From Firmicutes bacterium UBA7523 (lineage in GTDB: Bacteria > Bacillota > Dethiobacteria > Dethiobacterales > Dethiobacteraceae), in the NCBI GenBank assembly GCA_002479415.1, contig DLMZ01000047.1, forward strand, positions 2,984 through 66,983: a stretch of DNA of 64,000 bases, read 5' to 3'. The translations under genes and the position numbers were made by a program. Under the pieces are notes generated by a model that did no database searches, was not told the DNA's origin, and saw only the letters and a list, made by a program, of their open reading frames with translations. Position 1 is the first letter of the stretch. Every line of letters begins with the position of its first letter. Below, piece after piece: positions 19,259 through 27,749 of this stretch.

Positions 19259-19771
19259 TCATTCAAGCACAAAACCCGCCTCATCATTGGCGGGTTTTAT
19301 TTCTTGGTGTCGAAATTTAAAGTTTTCAATTATCCCTAACGGGTCAAAGCAAATCCAGTATTTATCTACACGGCAGTAGATGCCGTGTTTTATTATGTAG
19401 TGCTGAAGAGCGGCAGTTAAAAAATGCTCTGTTATATTAAGATGCTCTGCAAGTTCATGCTGAGTCCTAATTCCGGTCTTATAAGCAAGAATTAGCTTGT
19501 CCAGTGGTACGAGTCGCCGGTAGCTCCATGCACGCGCAAGGTGTTCTTGTTTTCGATTAGAAATTATAGTTTGGTCAAGTATGTTTCCGACTGTCATATG
19601 GTAATGTCCAAGCTCCTCGGCCATGATACAGGCTTTCTCGGCAGCACTATCTATGTTACTGTTAATGGCTATTATTTGGTTGCTATAAATGCCTTTTAAT
19701 TTGCCATTGAAAGGGCGGGATATTACCTCAATCCGTTCTTCAGCAGCTTCATGGAGTAAGGTTTCGTACAT
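19259..19771 (-). CDS. ImmA/IrrE-family (DUF955) metallopeptidase-like protein
   Basis: Position beside the XRE repressor, size, and an ..AEELGHYH.. motif at the place of the HExxH zinc site. Confidence 0.75.
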   Translation of the reverse strand: MYETLLHEAAEERIEVISRPFNGKLKGIYSNQIIAINSNIDSAAEKACIMAEELGHYHMTVGNILDQTIISNRKQEHLARAWSYRRLVPLDKLILAYKTGIRTQHELAEHLNITEHFLTAALQHYIIKHGIYCRVDKYWICFDPLGIIENFKFRHQEIKPANDEAGFVLE

Positions 19772-19794
19772 GTAAGCTCCTCGCTAATTATTCA

Positions 19795-20064
19795 TTATTT
19801 CTTTGCAATTGTAATGTCTTTTCTTATTGCATATATCTCTTTTTCTGCCTGACTGCCTTTATGCATTAAGAAGTCAACAGTGTTTGAGATGTCGTTCAAT
19901 TTGTTGTTTGTTTCCGTGCGGAATTCGGTTAGCATAGCTGTTTGGTCATATACGGAGTTAAGCTTTTTTTCAATACGTTCTTGCCCTTCAGTTAGACGTT
20001 CTTGCCCTTCAACCAGAGACTTTAACTGTTGAAGCACTAGTTCTTGAAATTTTTCATTGTCCAC
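19795..20064 (-). CDS. Hypothetical coiled-coil protein
   Basis: 89 aa with an internal tandem EGQER(L/I) repeat. Sits between the repressor and the ImmA-like gene. Confidence 0.5.
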   Translation of the reverse strand: MDNEKFQELVLQQLKSLVEGQERLTEGQERIEKKLNSVYDQTAMLTEFRTETNNKLNDISNTVDFLMHKGSQAEKEIYAIRKDITIAKK

Positions 20065-20091
20065 TTACTCACGCTCCTTTATATAGTGCAA

Positions 20092-20424
20092 TTATTCTTT
20101 GCCTTCCCTTTGCTGCCGCCGCATCCGGACAAACTCCTTAAACTGCTCTATGTCTTGCAGTTCCTCATCTGTCCATTCGTTACCGTCGTGATGGGCGGCT
20201 ATGGTGTCGTGCGGAGTGCGAATGTTTGTGCGGCCGAGAAGATAGTCGATGCTGACATTAAAATAATCTGCTAGCTTACTTTTTATATCATCGTTTGGCG
20301 TACTTTTTCCGCTTTCATACAGAGAAACCGCAAATTTTGTAACACCAACTATGACTCCAAGCTCCTCTTGAGTCATATCTCTTTCTGTTCGTAACAATCT
20401 AATTCTTGCTCCCAAGTCAGACAC
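20092..20424 (-). CDS. XRE-family repressor (CI-like)
   Basis: HTH_3 pattern: R...R....MTQEELG...GV....VS.YE.G...P. Divergent from the cro-like gene. Confidence 0.85.
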   Translation of the reverse strand: MSDLGARIRLLRTERDMTQEELGVIVGVTKFAVSLYESGKSTPNDDIKSKLADYFNVSIDYLLGRTNIRTPHDTIAAHHDGNEWTDEELQDIEQFKEFVRMRRQQREGKE

Positions 20425-20464
20425 TATGCACCGCCTAAATGTTTAATATTCTTAAACTACCTAT

Positions 20465-20493
20465 ATTATAAATGCAGGGAAAATATATGTAAA
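20465..20493 (-). promoter_or_regulatory. Candidate repressor-operon promoter
   Basis: On the minus strand: TTTACA, a 17-nt spacer, then TATAAT. Confidence 0.5.
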
Positions 20494-20522
20494 CAAAGTT
20501 TAAGAAACTTCAATATTTATGC

Positions 20523-20551
20523 TTGACAGTTGAAGAAATATAAACTATTAT
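20523..20551 (+). promoter_or_regulatory. Candidate early rightward promoter
   Basis: TTGACA (20523-20528), a 17-nt spacer, then TATTAT (20546-20551). The spacer itself is an operator copy. Confidence 0.6.
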
Positions 20552-20593
20552 AGTATTAAAGTTGAAGCAACTTAAACATGAGGGGGTGTTGAT

Positions 20594-20845
20594 GTGAAGC
20601 ATTTAAGATTAATTCTGGCAAGAAAAGCCAAAGGTTTTACTCAGGAGGAGATGGCGAAACTTCTTGGGTATAAAGATAAAAGCGGTTATTGTCAGCTAGA
20701 AAACGGCCAAGTAAGCATGACGCTGGAGAAGGCTAGCCGAATTTGCGAAATTTTAGGCGTTCAAATAGAGGAGATTTTTTTTAACAAAACGGTTGAAGAA
20801 GCTTCAACACGCTCTGGGCGTGACTTACCCAAAACCGGCACATAG
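20594..20845 (+). CDS. XRE-family Cro-like regulator
   Basis: GTG start follows GAGGGGGTG. HTH_3 pattern: R...G.TQEEMA..LG......Y...E.G. Confidence 0.8.
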   Translation: MKHLRLILARKAKGFTQEEMAKLLGYKDKSGYCQLENGQVSMTLEKASRICEILGVQIEEIFFNKTVEEASTRSGRDLPKTGT

Positions 20846-20860
20846 AAAGGATGTGAGAAG

Positions 20861-21043
20861 ATGGGTGGACTGCACTCGTTGAAAATCAGCCAAAAAGAAA
20901 ACAATCTAGACGGCTGCCGAATAGAATTAGACGGTTTTGTTCTTAAGGGCATATCCGAATATACAGTTAGCGCCGCTGCTCTCGGGGGAATTGAACTGAC
21001 TCTTAAGTTAACGGTTAAAGATTTAGAACTGCTTGTTGATTAA
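20861..21043 (+). CDS. Hypothetical protein
   Basis: ORF with RBS-like AAGGATG upstream. No family recognised. Confidence 0.4.
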   Translation: MGGLHSLKISQKENNLDGCRIELDGFVLKGISEYTVSAAALGGIELTLKLTVKDLELLVD

Positions 21044-21400
21044 CGCCGTAACCACGCTTACTGCAATCTGTGAGAGTGCCTGCAATGAGAAAGAGCCAAC
21101 ATTCTGTGCAATTTCCTTTGTTCTACTCCAGTTATTATCGCTTCGAATATTAGCCAAAAACTCATGGCCCTGTGGAGACAGATCGTGGATTAGACATCCA
21201 CCATCAAAAAACCAATCTACTTTTGTTAGGAGCACTGATAACTGACATTGTTTTATGTGATACAAAACGGTTTCAACTGGGTATTTTTCAAGATTACTGT
21301 AATTTTGATCTTCCTCAGGATATCTCATAAAAGTACCAAAACCAGTTTTTCCCTCAACAGTAAGCAAAATGTCTCTAATGCAATCCGGATTCAATCTCAT
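21023..21400 (-). CDS. DUF2513-like winged-helix protein
   Basis: M.LN.D.IRDILL..E..... and ..Y....YH...L.......... pattern typical of DUF2513. Opposite strand to the early operon. Confidence 0.55.
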   Translation of the reverse strand: MRLNPDCIRDILLTVEGKTGFGTFMRYPEEDQNYSNLEKYPVETVLYHIKQCQLSVLLTKVDWFFDGGCLIHDLSPQGHEFLANIRSDNNWSRTKEIAQNVGSFSLQALSQIAVSVVTALINKQF

Positions 21401-21505
21401 AAAAAACACCCTTTCAATGGTAGTGTCTGGACAACTTTACCATATCACGGGAGATAAGAAAGGGGCAAGACCAAAACCAACACAGCGTAAAGGATGTGAA
21501 GAACA

Positions 21506-21697
21506 GTGACAGAGAGCAAAATTGTCTATCAAGCAGAGGAGGACAACGAAGAATCCTCAATAACGTTTAGGGAGCTTATTATAGATCAAATTCTTCTTTT
21601 AACTGACTGGAATGTAACAAACATCAAAAGAGACCCTGAACAGGTCAGAAAAAATATTGAAACTATCCTAATTCTTAGAGAACATTTTATGGTGTAA
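21506..21697 (+). CDS. Hypothetical protein
   Basis: ORF only. Confidence 0.4.
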   Translation: MTESKIVYQAEEDNEESSITFRELIIDQILLLTDWNVTNIKRDPEQVRKNIETILILREHFMV

Positions 21698-21705
21698 GGC
21701 CGACC

Positions 21706-21912
21706 TTATATGATTGTACCGCCCTTTGATTTGGAGGCAGGGTTGTTCTTTTCAAGGCTGTCTATCATCATAAAAAGTGTCTCGTATGTCCTTGCAACCT
21801 CACTTGCAAGTGACTGATTAGATTCAGTCGGGGTTTCGTGGCACTCAGCTGTCAGCCTATCAATTATTGCTATCGTCAACTCTTTGGCAATCTCAAACTT
21901 GTTAACCAACAT
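21706..21912 (-). CDS. Hypothetical protein (reverse-oriented)
   Basis: ORF only, 68 aa. Confidence 0.4.
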   Translation of the reverse strand: MLVNKFEIAKELTIAIIDRLTAECHETPTESNQSLASEVARTYETLFMMIDSLEKNNPASKSKGGTII

Positions 21913-21994
21913 ATCACATCCTTAGTGACCTGTTCAGGGCTAGCTTATAAGTTCGTCAATTGCCAGAAAAATCCTGTGAAAGGAGTGAGAAAAC

Positions 21995-22243
21995 ATGGTT
22001 GTCCCTGCCACCTCCCCGCATATCAATGTACGGGGTGAGCGTATGAACCATATGGGCAAAGTAGCAGAGCTTCTGCAGCGTCCCAGGCACTACGCCATGG
22101 TGCGTAAAGTCGGGAACTCAACCGTGAGGATTATCCAGCCGGCGCCAATTACGGATGCGGAGCGGGAGCGCATCCTGGATGCCTTCTATGTTGCCGGCTG
22201 GGCAATCGTGGAGGAGGTGGTCGAGCGGGGGGAGAGCGTTTAG
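21995..22243 (+). CDS. Hypothetical protein
   Basis: ATG follows a strong RBS, AAAGGAGTG. Confidence 0.5.
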   Translation: MVVPATSPHINVRGERMNHMGKVAELLQRPRHYAMVRKVGNSTVRIIQPAPITDAERERILDAFYVAGWAIVEEVVERGESV

Positions 22244-22354
22244 TTCTCTCTTGGGAGAGTAGGGGACGGGCCTTACAATATAACTTTACAGCAATGATAA
22301 GTCACATACAATCCCTGCAGTGTTACCCATCATTTAACGAAAGGGGGTGCTGAT

Positions 22355-22909
22355 GTGAGAGAAGTGATTAAAGCTGCACGAAAAAGAGCCGGGCTGACTC
22401 AGCAAGAGGTTGCAAACCAATTACATATCACTAGAGAGTTTTATAACCAAATTGAAAACGAAGCAATAGAGCCTGATTTTTCTTGGGCTGAGCGATACGG
22501 TCGCTTGGCGGAAATTATCAACGAGGATAACTTGACGATGGTTGTCTGCGCTAAGAAGTGCTTCATCGGGCAGAAATATTGCTATACGCTATTAAACAAT
22601 GTTGATTTATCGCCCATGGCAGCCTTAGCAAAAATGGAATCAAAAGACCGACAGTTTGACCAGGCCTGGAATCAGCTACGGGATTTGATGCTCAACAAGC
22701 GAACGGTTTCTGACTTCAACGCTGAGGAATTACTGGCCGTAGAAGAGTGTTTTTCTGTACTGCTAGATATGGAGCATATCATTGAGACAACAAAGCAGAT
22801 TGCCACAATGATGGGTTTTAGGGTTTCTAGGTGGGTGGCTGACCACAACCAGAAGATGGTTAGAAAGAAGTATGTGGATCCAAAGAAGCCGGAGCTGCAA
22901 ATTGCTTAA
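22355..22909 (+). CDS. XRE-family HTH protein with uncharacterised C-terminal domain
   Basis: N-terminal AR.RAGLTQQEVA..L.I....Y..IE HTH_3 pattern. RBS AAAGGGGGTG. Confidence 0.7.
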   Translation: MREVIKAARKRAGLTQQEVANQLHITREFYNQIENEAIEPDFSWAERYGRLAEIINEDNLTMVVCAKKCFIGQKYCYTLLNNVDLSPMAALAKMESKDRQFDQAWNQLRDLMLNKRTVSDFNAEELLAVEECFSVLLDMEHIIETTKQIATMMGFRVSRWVADHNQKMVRKKYVDPKKPELQIA

Positions 22910-22922
22910 AGGAGAGGATTAT

Positions 22923-23078
22923 ATGGTTAGCTGGACATGTCCACACTGTGCAAAGTCAATGCATTCGTCTTGGGACTGCAGGGACAAGGAAAAGGTGCAA
23001 TGTATTCACTGTGACTGCTGGCTTGTGAATCCTTATTTCAAAGAAGAGAAAGGAGCGGGTGGTGATGGAAAGGCATAG
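22923..23078 (+). CDS. Small zinc-ribbon protein
   Basis: ATG follows AAAGGAGAGG. CPHC..18 aa..CIHCDC. Confidence 0.5.
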   Translation: MVSWTCPHCAKSMHSSWDCRDKEKVQCIHCDCWLVNPYFKEEKGAGGDGKA

Positions 23079-23274
23079 CTTCGATGTAACTGCAACATAC
23101 AAAAAAGCAATAGCGATGTTGACATCGGATGAATGCATCCACGAAGACTCTTTCACCTATGCTGGTATTTGCGGAACAATTATGAGCGCTCTTACAGAGG
23201 AAGAAAGGCAACAAATCGCCGAGAGAATTGAGGAGAGGCTAAAAATCTTAGAAAGATTGGAGGCGAGAAAATGA
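23059..23274 (+). CDS. Hypothetical protein
   Basis: ORF in a tightly packed operon. Confidence 0.45.
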   Translation: MVMERHSFDVTATYKKAIAMLTSDECIHEDSFTYAGICGTIMSALTEEERQQIAERIEERLKILERLEARK

Positions 23275-23426
23275 GGGGAGTTTTGCTGAGCTACGTTGGC
23301 ACCGTCCGCGGACTAAGAAGCTTCCTGGCGGCCGCGATGTATCCGGAAAAGATTGTGAGCTTAGACGTTCGCAGGCAAAAGAAAAAAGCCACTCCTGCCA
23401 GAGTGACCTTGAAGCCCATTGCGTAG
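23271..23426 (+). CDS. Small ORF (51 aa), absent from the supplied track
   Basis: ATGA start/stop overlap with the preceding ORF. GGAGG lies 7 nt upstream. Basic C-terminus. Confidence 0.4.
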   Translation: MRGVLLSYVGTVRGLRSFLAAAMYPEKIVSLDVRRQKKKATPARVTLKPIA

Positions 23427-23428
23427 GC

Positions 23429-24079
23429 TTGACTGTCTTTATTGTAGCACAACTCAAACCGAAATTTCAAGGGGTGAAGAAATTGCAAGAAATAACAATT
23501 GGGCTGTCGGAACGACAGGTACACTTTTTGAAGATGTTTGCAGCTAATCATTATCCAGGAGCTAAGGATAATCTGGCTACAAATAAACCTATACACGTTG
23601 TCCAAACAAGAAGAGAAAGAGTCGTTGATTCCAGCTACGATTCACCAGATGCTACAAAGTATTATTTGCGCTCGGACTGCACGGCCTACGATTCGGCAAA
23701 AGAATTGATAAGCGGTTACTATGAGCGCGGTTACGATGAAGAGTGCCCAATAGAAATCGTTTCTTTTAAAGAAGCATATGCACAAGATGAATTCACGGAT
23801 ATAAACGGTGAAGGACAAGTCTTGATGAACGAAGAGGAATATTTTGAGGCTTATGGCTTAACAAAGGATATGTACTCCAAGGTTAACATTGAGTACTACT
23901 ACGAGCCTGTCGCCTACTTCTTCATCTTAGAAGAGGCCAGACGCTATATCGAGTATCAGCGACACAACCTTTGCAACCCTCGAACTTACACGTACAGTTG
24001 CGGCTTTGCAAACCACGGGGAGTACGAGCACTTTTGGGACCTGCTTTTCAGTATAGGGAAGATGCTGAATGAGGGTTGA
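23429..24079 (+). CDS. Hypothetical protein (start uncertain, possibly about 23483)
   Basis: Long ORF. An AAGGGGTG RBS-like element lies upstream of an internal TTG. No family recognised. Confidence 0.5.
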   Translation: MTVFIVAQLKPKFQGVKKLQEITIGLSERQVHFLKMFAANHYPGAKDNLATNKPIHVVQTRRERVVDSSYDSPDATKYYLRSDCTAYDSAKELISGYYERGYDEECPIEIVSFKEAYAQDEFTDINGEGQVLMNEEEYFEAYGLTKDMYSKVNIEYYYEPVAYFFILEEARRYIEYQRHNLCNPRTYTYSCGFANHGEYEHFWDLLFSIGKMLNEG

Positions 24080-24215
24080 TTTATCAGCTGCGCCCGTTCC
24101 TATAGGTGGGGCAGGTTGCGGGCTAGCGAGGGCGGGGCGGCTGATTGATAAAAGATGAGGCGGGAAAGCGCCGAACGGCAAACCCCGCCCCCAAAGATCC
24201 AAAGGAGGAATAAAT

Positions 24216-26207
24216 GTGAAGCTAGTAACCCTTAAACTGCGAAACTTTATGGGAATCAAAAATTTCGAGCTTGATGCCAAGGGTAGTAATGTATCAATTT
24301 ATGGAGCCAACGGAGCGGGGAAAACAACTTTGTTTTCAGCTTTTTTATGGCTGCTGTTTAATAAGGACGCGACGAATCGGACAGACTTTGATATCAAAAC
24401 ATTGGACAAAGAGGGTCAGGTTATTCACGGCCTTGAGCACCAAGTGGAAGCTGTTTTGGAAATTGGCGGCAAAGAATTGGCGCTCTGCAAAATTTACAAA
24501 GAGCAGTGGACCAGAAAACGTGGGAGCGTATCACGAGAATTTACTGGTCATACTACCGATCACTTTATTGATGGTGTACCGGTGCCTAAGAAAGATTTCA
24601 CCGCAAGAATCTCAGAGATAAGTGCCGAGGATGTTTTCAAACTACTCACTAACCCAACATACTTTAATACTCAGTTGCACTGGCAGGAACGCAGGAAGAT
24701 CCTCCTTGAGATATGCGGAGACATTACTGATGCCGAAGTGATTGCCTCGGAAAAAGCGCTTTCCAAACTTCCGGATATCCTGAACGGCCGTAAGTTGGAT
24801 GACCACCGGAAGGTGATCAATGAGCGTCGCAAGGCTGTCAACGATAAGTTGGAGAAAATTCCGGTCCGTATTGATGAAACTGAACGTGGTTTGCCAGACA
24901 TCAGCAACATCCAGGTAGACAAGCTTCCGGAAGACATTGCAAAGCTCCGTGCAAAGGTGAGGGAGAAGAATCAGGAGATTCTTCGTATTGAGGGCGGTGG
25001 AGAAAGCGCCGAAAAGACTAAGCAGTTGAGAACGATTGAAGGAGAGATTCTAAGGCTCAGAAATGAGCGCCAGCAAAGGCTGGATGCGTTAGCAGGCAAA
25101 AAGAGAGAAGATCTCCGTTTGGTTAAAGGCGCTGTTCTTGACCTAAAAGGTGAAATCGGCACACTTACGCGTACAATAAGCAGCTATGAGAACGATATTG
25201 CGACTTACACTACCAAGATGGAGCAGCTGAGACAGGATTGGCATAACGAAAACGAACGTAAGTTTAATTTTGAGCAGGAAGAAATCTGTCCTACATGCGG
25301 TCAAGACCTTCCTCATGAGCAGCTACAGGATGCTAGGGAAAAAGCTTTAGCGACTTTCAATAAGCATAAAGCGGATAAGCTGGAGACTATTAATGCAGAC
25401 GGGCAGAAGCTGAAAGCTTTAAAAAACAAAATGGAAATCGAGCTTAACAAAGCTCAAGCTAATATGCAAAAGGCTACTGCAGATATAGAGCAACTTCAGA
25501 AGAAAGAGGCTTCACTGCTGACTGAAGCAGACGCTATTCTGCAGGGAGCAAAAACAGTTGAGGAATCAACACTTTATGCTAGTTTGTTAGAACAGAAAGC
25601 ATCCTTAGAGGAGGAAATAAAAGAGCTGGAAGTAGGAAATTGCGACAGCATAACTTCAGTTCGTGAGGGTATTTACGTATTGGAGAATGCCATAGCAGCT
25701 CTTGAGAGTGCAACTGCTCAGGTAGACAGCCATAAGAGAGGCTTAGAGCGCATTAAAGAGCTTAAGCAGGAAGAGAAAAAGCTGGCAGCTGAGTATGAGC
25801 AACTAGAGAACGAGCTTTATCTCACAGAACAGTTTATCTGCGCTAAAGTGAGTCTGCTTGAAGAAAAAATCAACAGCAAGTTTGAATTGGCTAGGTTTAA
25901 ATTGTTTAATGTGTTGGTCAATGGTGCTGTGGAAGAGTGCTGCGAGACCATATACAACGGGGTGCCGTACTCCAGTGGACTTAACAACGCAGCGCGGATT
26001 AATGTAGGCCTGGACATTATTAATACACTGGCTGACCACTACAGCATTGATGCGCCTATCTTCGTAGATAATGCCGAGGCCGTTACGGAACTAATTGAAA
26101 CTCGTGGCCAACAGATCCGGCTTGTAGTCAGCGCGGATGACAAAAAATTAAGGGTGGAAGTGGCGGAAGTGCCACAGACACTCTTTAGTGAAAGAGAGGC
26201 TGTTTAA
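24216..26207 (+). CDS. SMC/Rad50/SbcC-like AAA ATPase with coiled coil and CxxC zinc hook
   Basis: N-terminal Walker A GANGAGKTT, a roughly 400-aa coiled-coil region with a central CPTCGQ, and a C-terminal signature/Walker B region (..IFVDNAE..). Confidence 0.8.
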   Translation: MKLVTLKLRNFMGIKNFELDAKGSNVSIYGANGAGKTTLFSAFLWLLFNKDATNRTDFDIKTLDKEGQVIHGLEHQVEAVLEIGGKELALCKIYKEQWTRKRGSVSREFTGHTTDHFIDGVPVPKKDFTARISEISAEDVFKLLTNPTYFNTQLHWQERRKILLEICGDITDAEVIASEKALSKLPDILNGRKLDDHRKVINERRKAVNDKLEKIPVRIDETERGLPDISNIQVDKLPEDIAKLRAKVREKNQEILRIEGGGESAEKTKQLRTIEGEILRLRNERQQRLDALAGKKREDLRLVKGAVLDLKGEIGTLTRTISSYENDIATYTTKMEQLRQDWHNENERKFNFEQEEICPTCGQDLPHEQLQDAREKALATFNKHKADKLETINADGQKLKALKNKMEIELNKAQANMQKATADIEQLQKKEASLLTEADAILQGAKTVEESTLYASLLEQKASLEEEIKELEVGNCDSITSVREGIYVLENAIAALESATAQVDSHKRGLERIKELKQEEKKLAAEYEQLENELYLTEQFICAKVSLLEEKINSKFELARFKLFNVLVNGAVEECCETIYNGVPYSSGLNNAARINVGLDIINTLADHYSIDAPIFVDNAEAVTELIETRGQQIRLVVSADDKKLRVEVAEVPQTLFSEREAV

Positions 26208-26984
26208 ATGACAAATGCACTGGCAACAACATCATCAGTTAAAAAACTAAGGGCTATTATCAACACAGAGAGCGTGAAGGAGCAGTTCAGAAATGCTCTT
26301 GCAGAAAATGCCCCGCTTTTTATTGCCTCACTAATTGACGTGTACGGCAACGACAAGTATTTGCAGAAATGTGAGCCTCAGTTAGTGATTATGGAAGCGC
26401 TGAAGGCCGCTACTCTAAAGCTGCCTATCAACAAAAACCTGGGATTTGCTTATATTGTTCCGTACAAGGACGAGCCTCAGTTTCAGATTGGATATAAAGG
26501 CTATATCCAGCTCGCAATGCGTACCGGGCAGTATAAGTATATAAACGCTGATGTGGTGTACGAAGGGGAGCTAAAAGGACATAACAAACTGACCGGCGAG
26601 GTTGACCTAAGCGGCGATGCAGCTTCTGATAAAATTATCGGATATTTTGCCTACATCGAAACTATTAACGGCTTTAAAAAACCGCTTTATTGGACCAAAG
26701 AAAAAGTGACGGAACACGCAAAGAGATATTCAAAATCCTATAATTCAAACAATTCTGCATGGAAAACCAATTTCGACGAAATGGCGTTAAAGACAATGAT
26801 ACGAAACCTGCTCAGCAAATACGGTGTAATGTCTGTTGAGCTTATGAACGCATTTAGCGCAGATACAGGGGACGAGCGTTCATACGAGGCCCAGGCTGAG
26901 GACGAGATAAGCAGCAACGCAAACGGCGAAGTGATTGATGTTGACGTCACGGTCGAGAGCAAAAATGAAGGGCCGGGATTTTAA
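26208..26984 (+). CDS. recT: RecT-family single-strand annealing protein
   Basis: RecT pattern (..P....A.......L.LP.N.....AYIVPY......FQIGYKG...LA.R.G). Confidence 0.85.
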   Translation: MTNALATTSSVKKLRAIINTESVKEQFRNALAENAPLFIASLIDVYGNDKYLQKCEPQLVIMEALKAATLKLPINKNLGFAYIVPYKDEPQFQIGYKGYIQLAMRTGQYKYINADVVYEGELKGHNKLTGEVDLSGDAASDKIIGYFAYIETINGFKKPLYWTKEKVTEHAKRYSKSYNSNNSAWKTNFDEMALKTMIRNLLSKYGVMSVELMNAFSADTGDERSYEAQAEDEISSNANGEVIDVDVTVESKNEGPGF

Positions 26985-26997
26985 GTAGACCAAAGAG

Positions 26998-27023
26998 CCG
27001 GGGCGGTCGCGCGACCGCCCCGG
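26998..27023. repeat. 26-bp perfect GC-rich palindrome between recT and the MBL gene
   Basis: CCGGGGCGGTCGCGCGACCGCCCCGG, with no downstream T tract. Confidence 0.8.
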
Positions 27024-27027
27024 CAGA

Positions 27028-27747
27028 ATGGAGTGCAGCATGGAATTCGTGGCTTACGCAAGTAGCTCTAAGGGAAATCTATACACTCTCTCAGATGGGC
27101 AAGAAAGAATACTCATTGAGTGTGGCTTGCCGATCAGAGAGGTCAAGAAGCTGCTTGGGTTTAGTTTGTCGGGGATATCCTTCTGTCTGCTGAGCCACGG
27201 CCATTCTGATCACTCAAAAGCTGCTGCGGACATTATGAGGGCTGGGGTAGATATTTACACGTCGCAGGGCACAATCGACGCCCTGAAGCTACATAGCCAC
27301 CGCGCACATGTAATCCGGGCAGGGAAACAGTTTGCATCTGGAAATTGGATTGTACTGCCGATAGAGGCGCAACATGATGCCCCGGAGGCGCTGGCTTTTC
27401 TGGTTTACAATAAAACCACTCGCAAACGGATGTTATTCGCAACAGACACGTATTATCTGAAAAACGCATTTGCTGGGCTCGACATTATTGCGGTTGAGTG
27501 CAATTACGCCGCTGACATCCTTCAATCTAACGTAGAATCCGGAGCTGTACCGGCCGCAATGAAGAACAGGCTCCTAAAGTCTCACTTCAGCCTTGAAAAT
27601 GTGAAGAAATTTTTAAAAGCCAACGACTTGAATAAAGTGCAGGAGATTTGGCTGGTACACTTGTCCGACGGCAACAGCGATGCAGAACGGTTCAAGCGCG
27701 AAATCCAAGAACTAACTGGCAAGCCAACATATATCGCGGGGGTATAA
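27028..27747 (+). CDS. MBL-fold metallo-hydrolase (probable recombination exonuclease partner)
   Basis: SSSKGN, LLSHGHSDH (HxHxDH) and later H/D motifs. Adjacent to recT. Confidence 0.8.
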   Translation: MECSMEFVAYASSSKGNLYTLSDGQERILIECGLPIREVKKLLGFSLSGISFCLLSHGHSDHSKAAADIMRAGVDIYTSQGTIDALKLHSHRAHVIRAGKQFASGNWIVLPIEAQHDAPEALAFLVYNKTTRKRMLFATDTYYLKNAFAGLDIIAVECNYAADILQSNVESGAVPAAMKNRLLKSHFSLENVKKFLKANDLNKVQEIWLVHLSDGNSDAERFKREIQELTGKPTYIAGV

Positions 27748-27749
27748 CT

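Larger units (their letters stand above)
20441..20577. promoter_or_regulatory. Genetic-switch region with four related operator half-palindromes
   Basis: TTGAAG-N4-(C/A)T(T)AAAC-type sites at 20530-20545 and 20562-20577 (+), 20498-20513 (inverted), and a related GTTTAA-N5-TTAAAC at 20441-20457. Confidence 0.5.
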
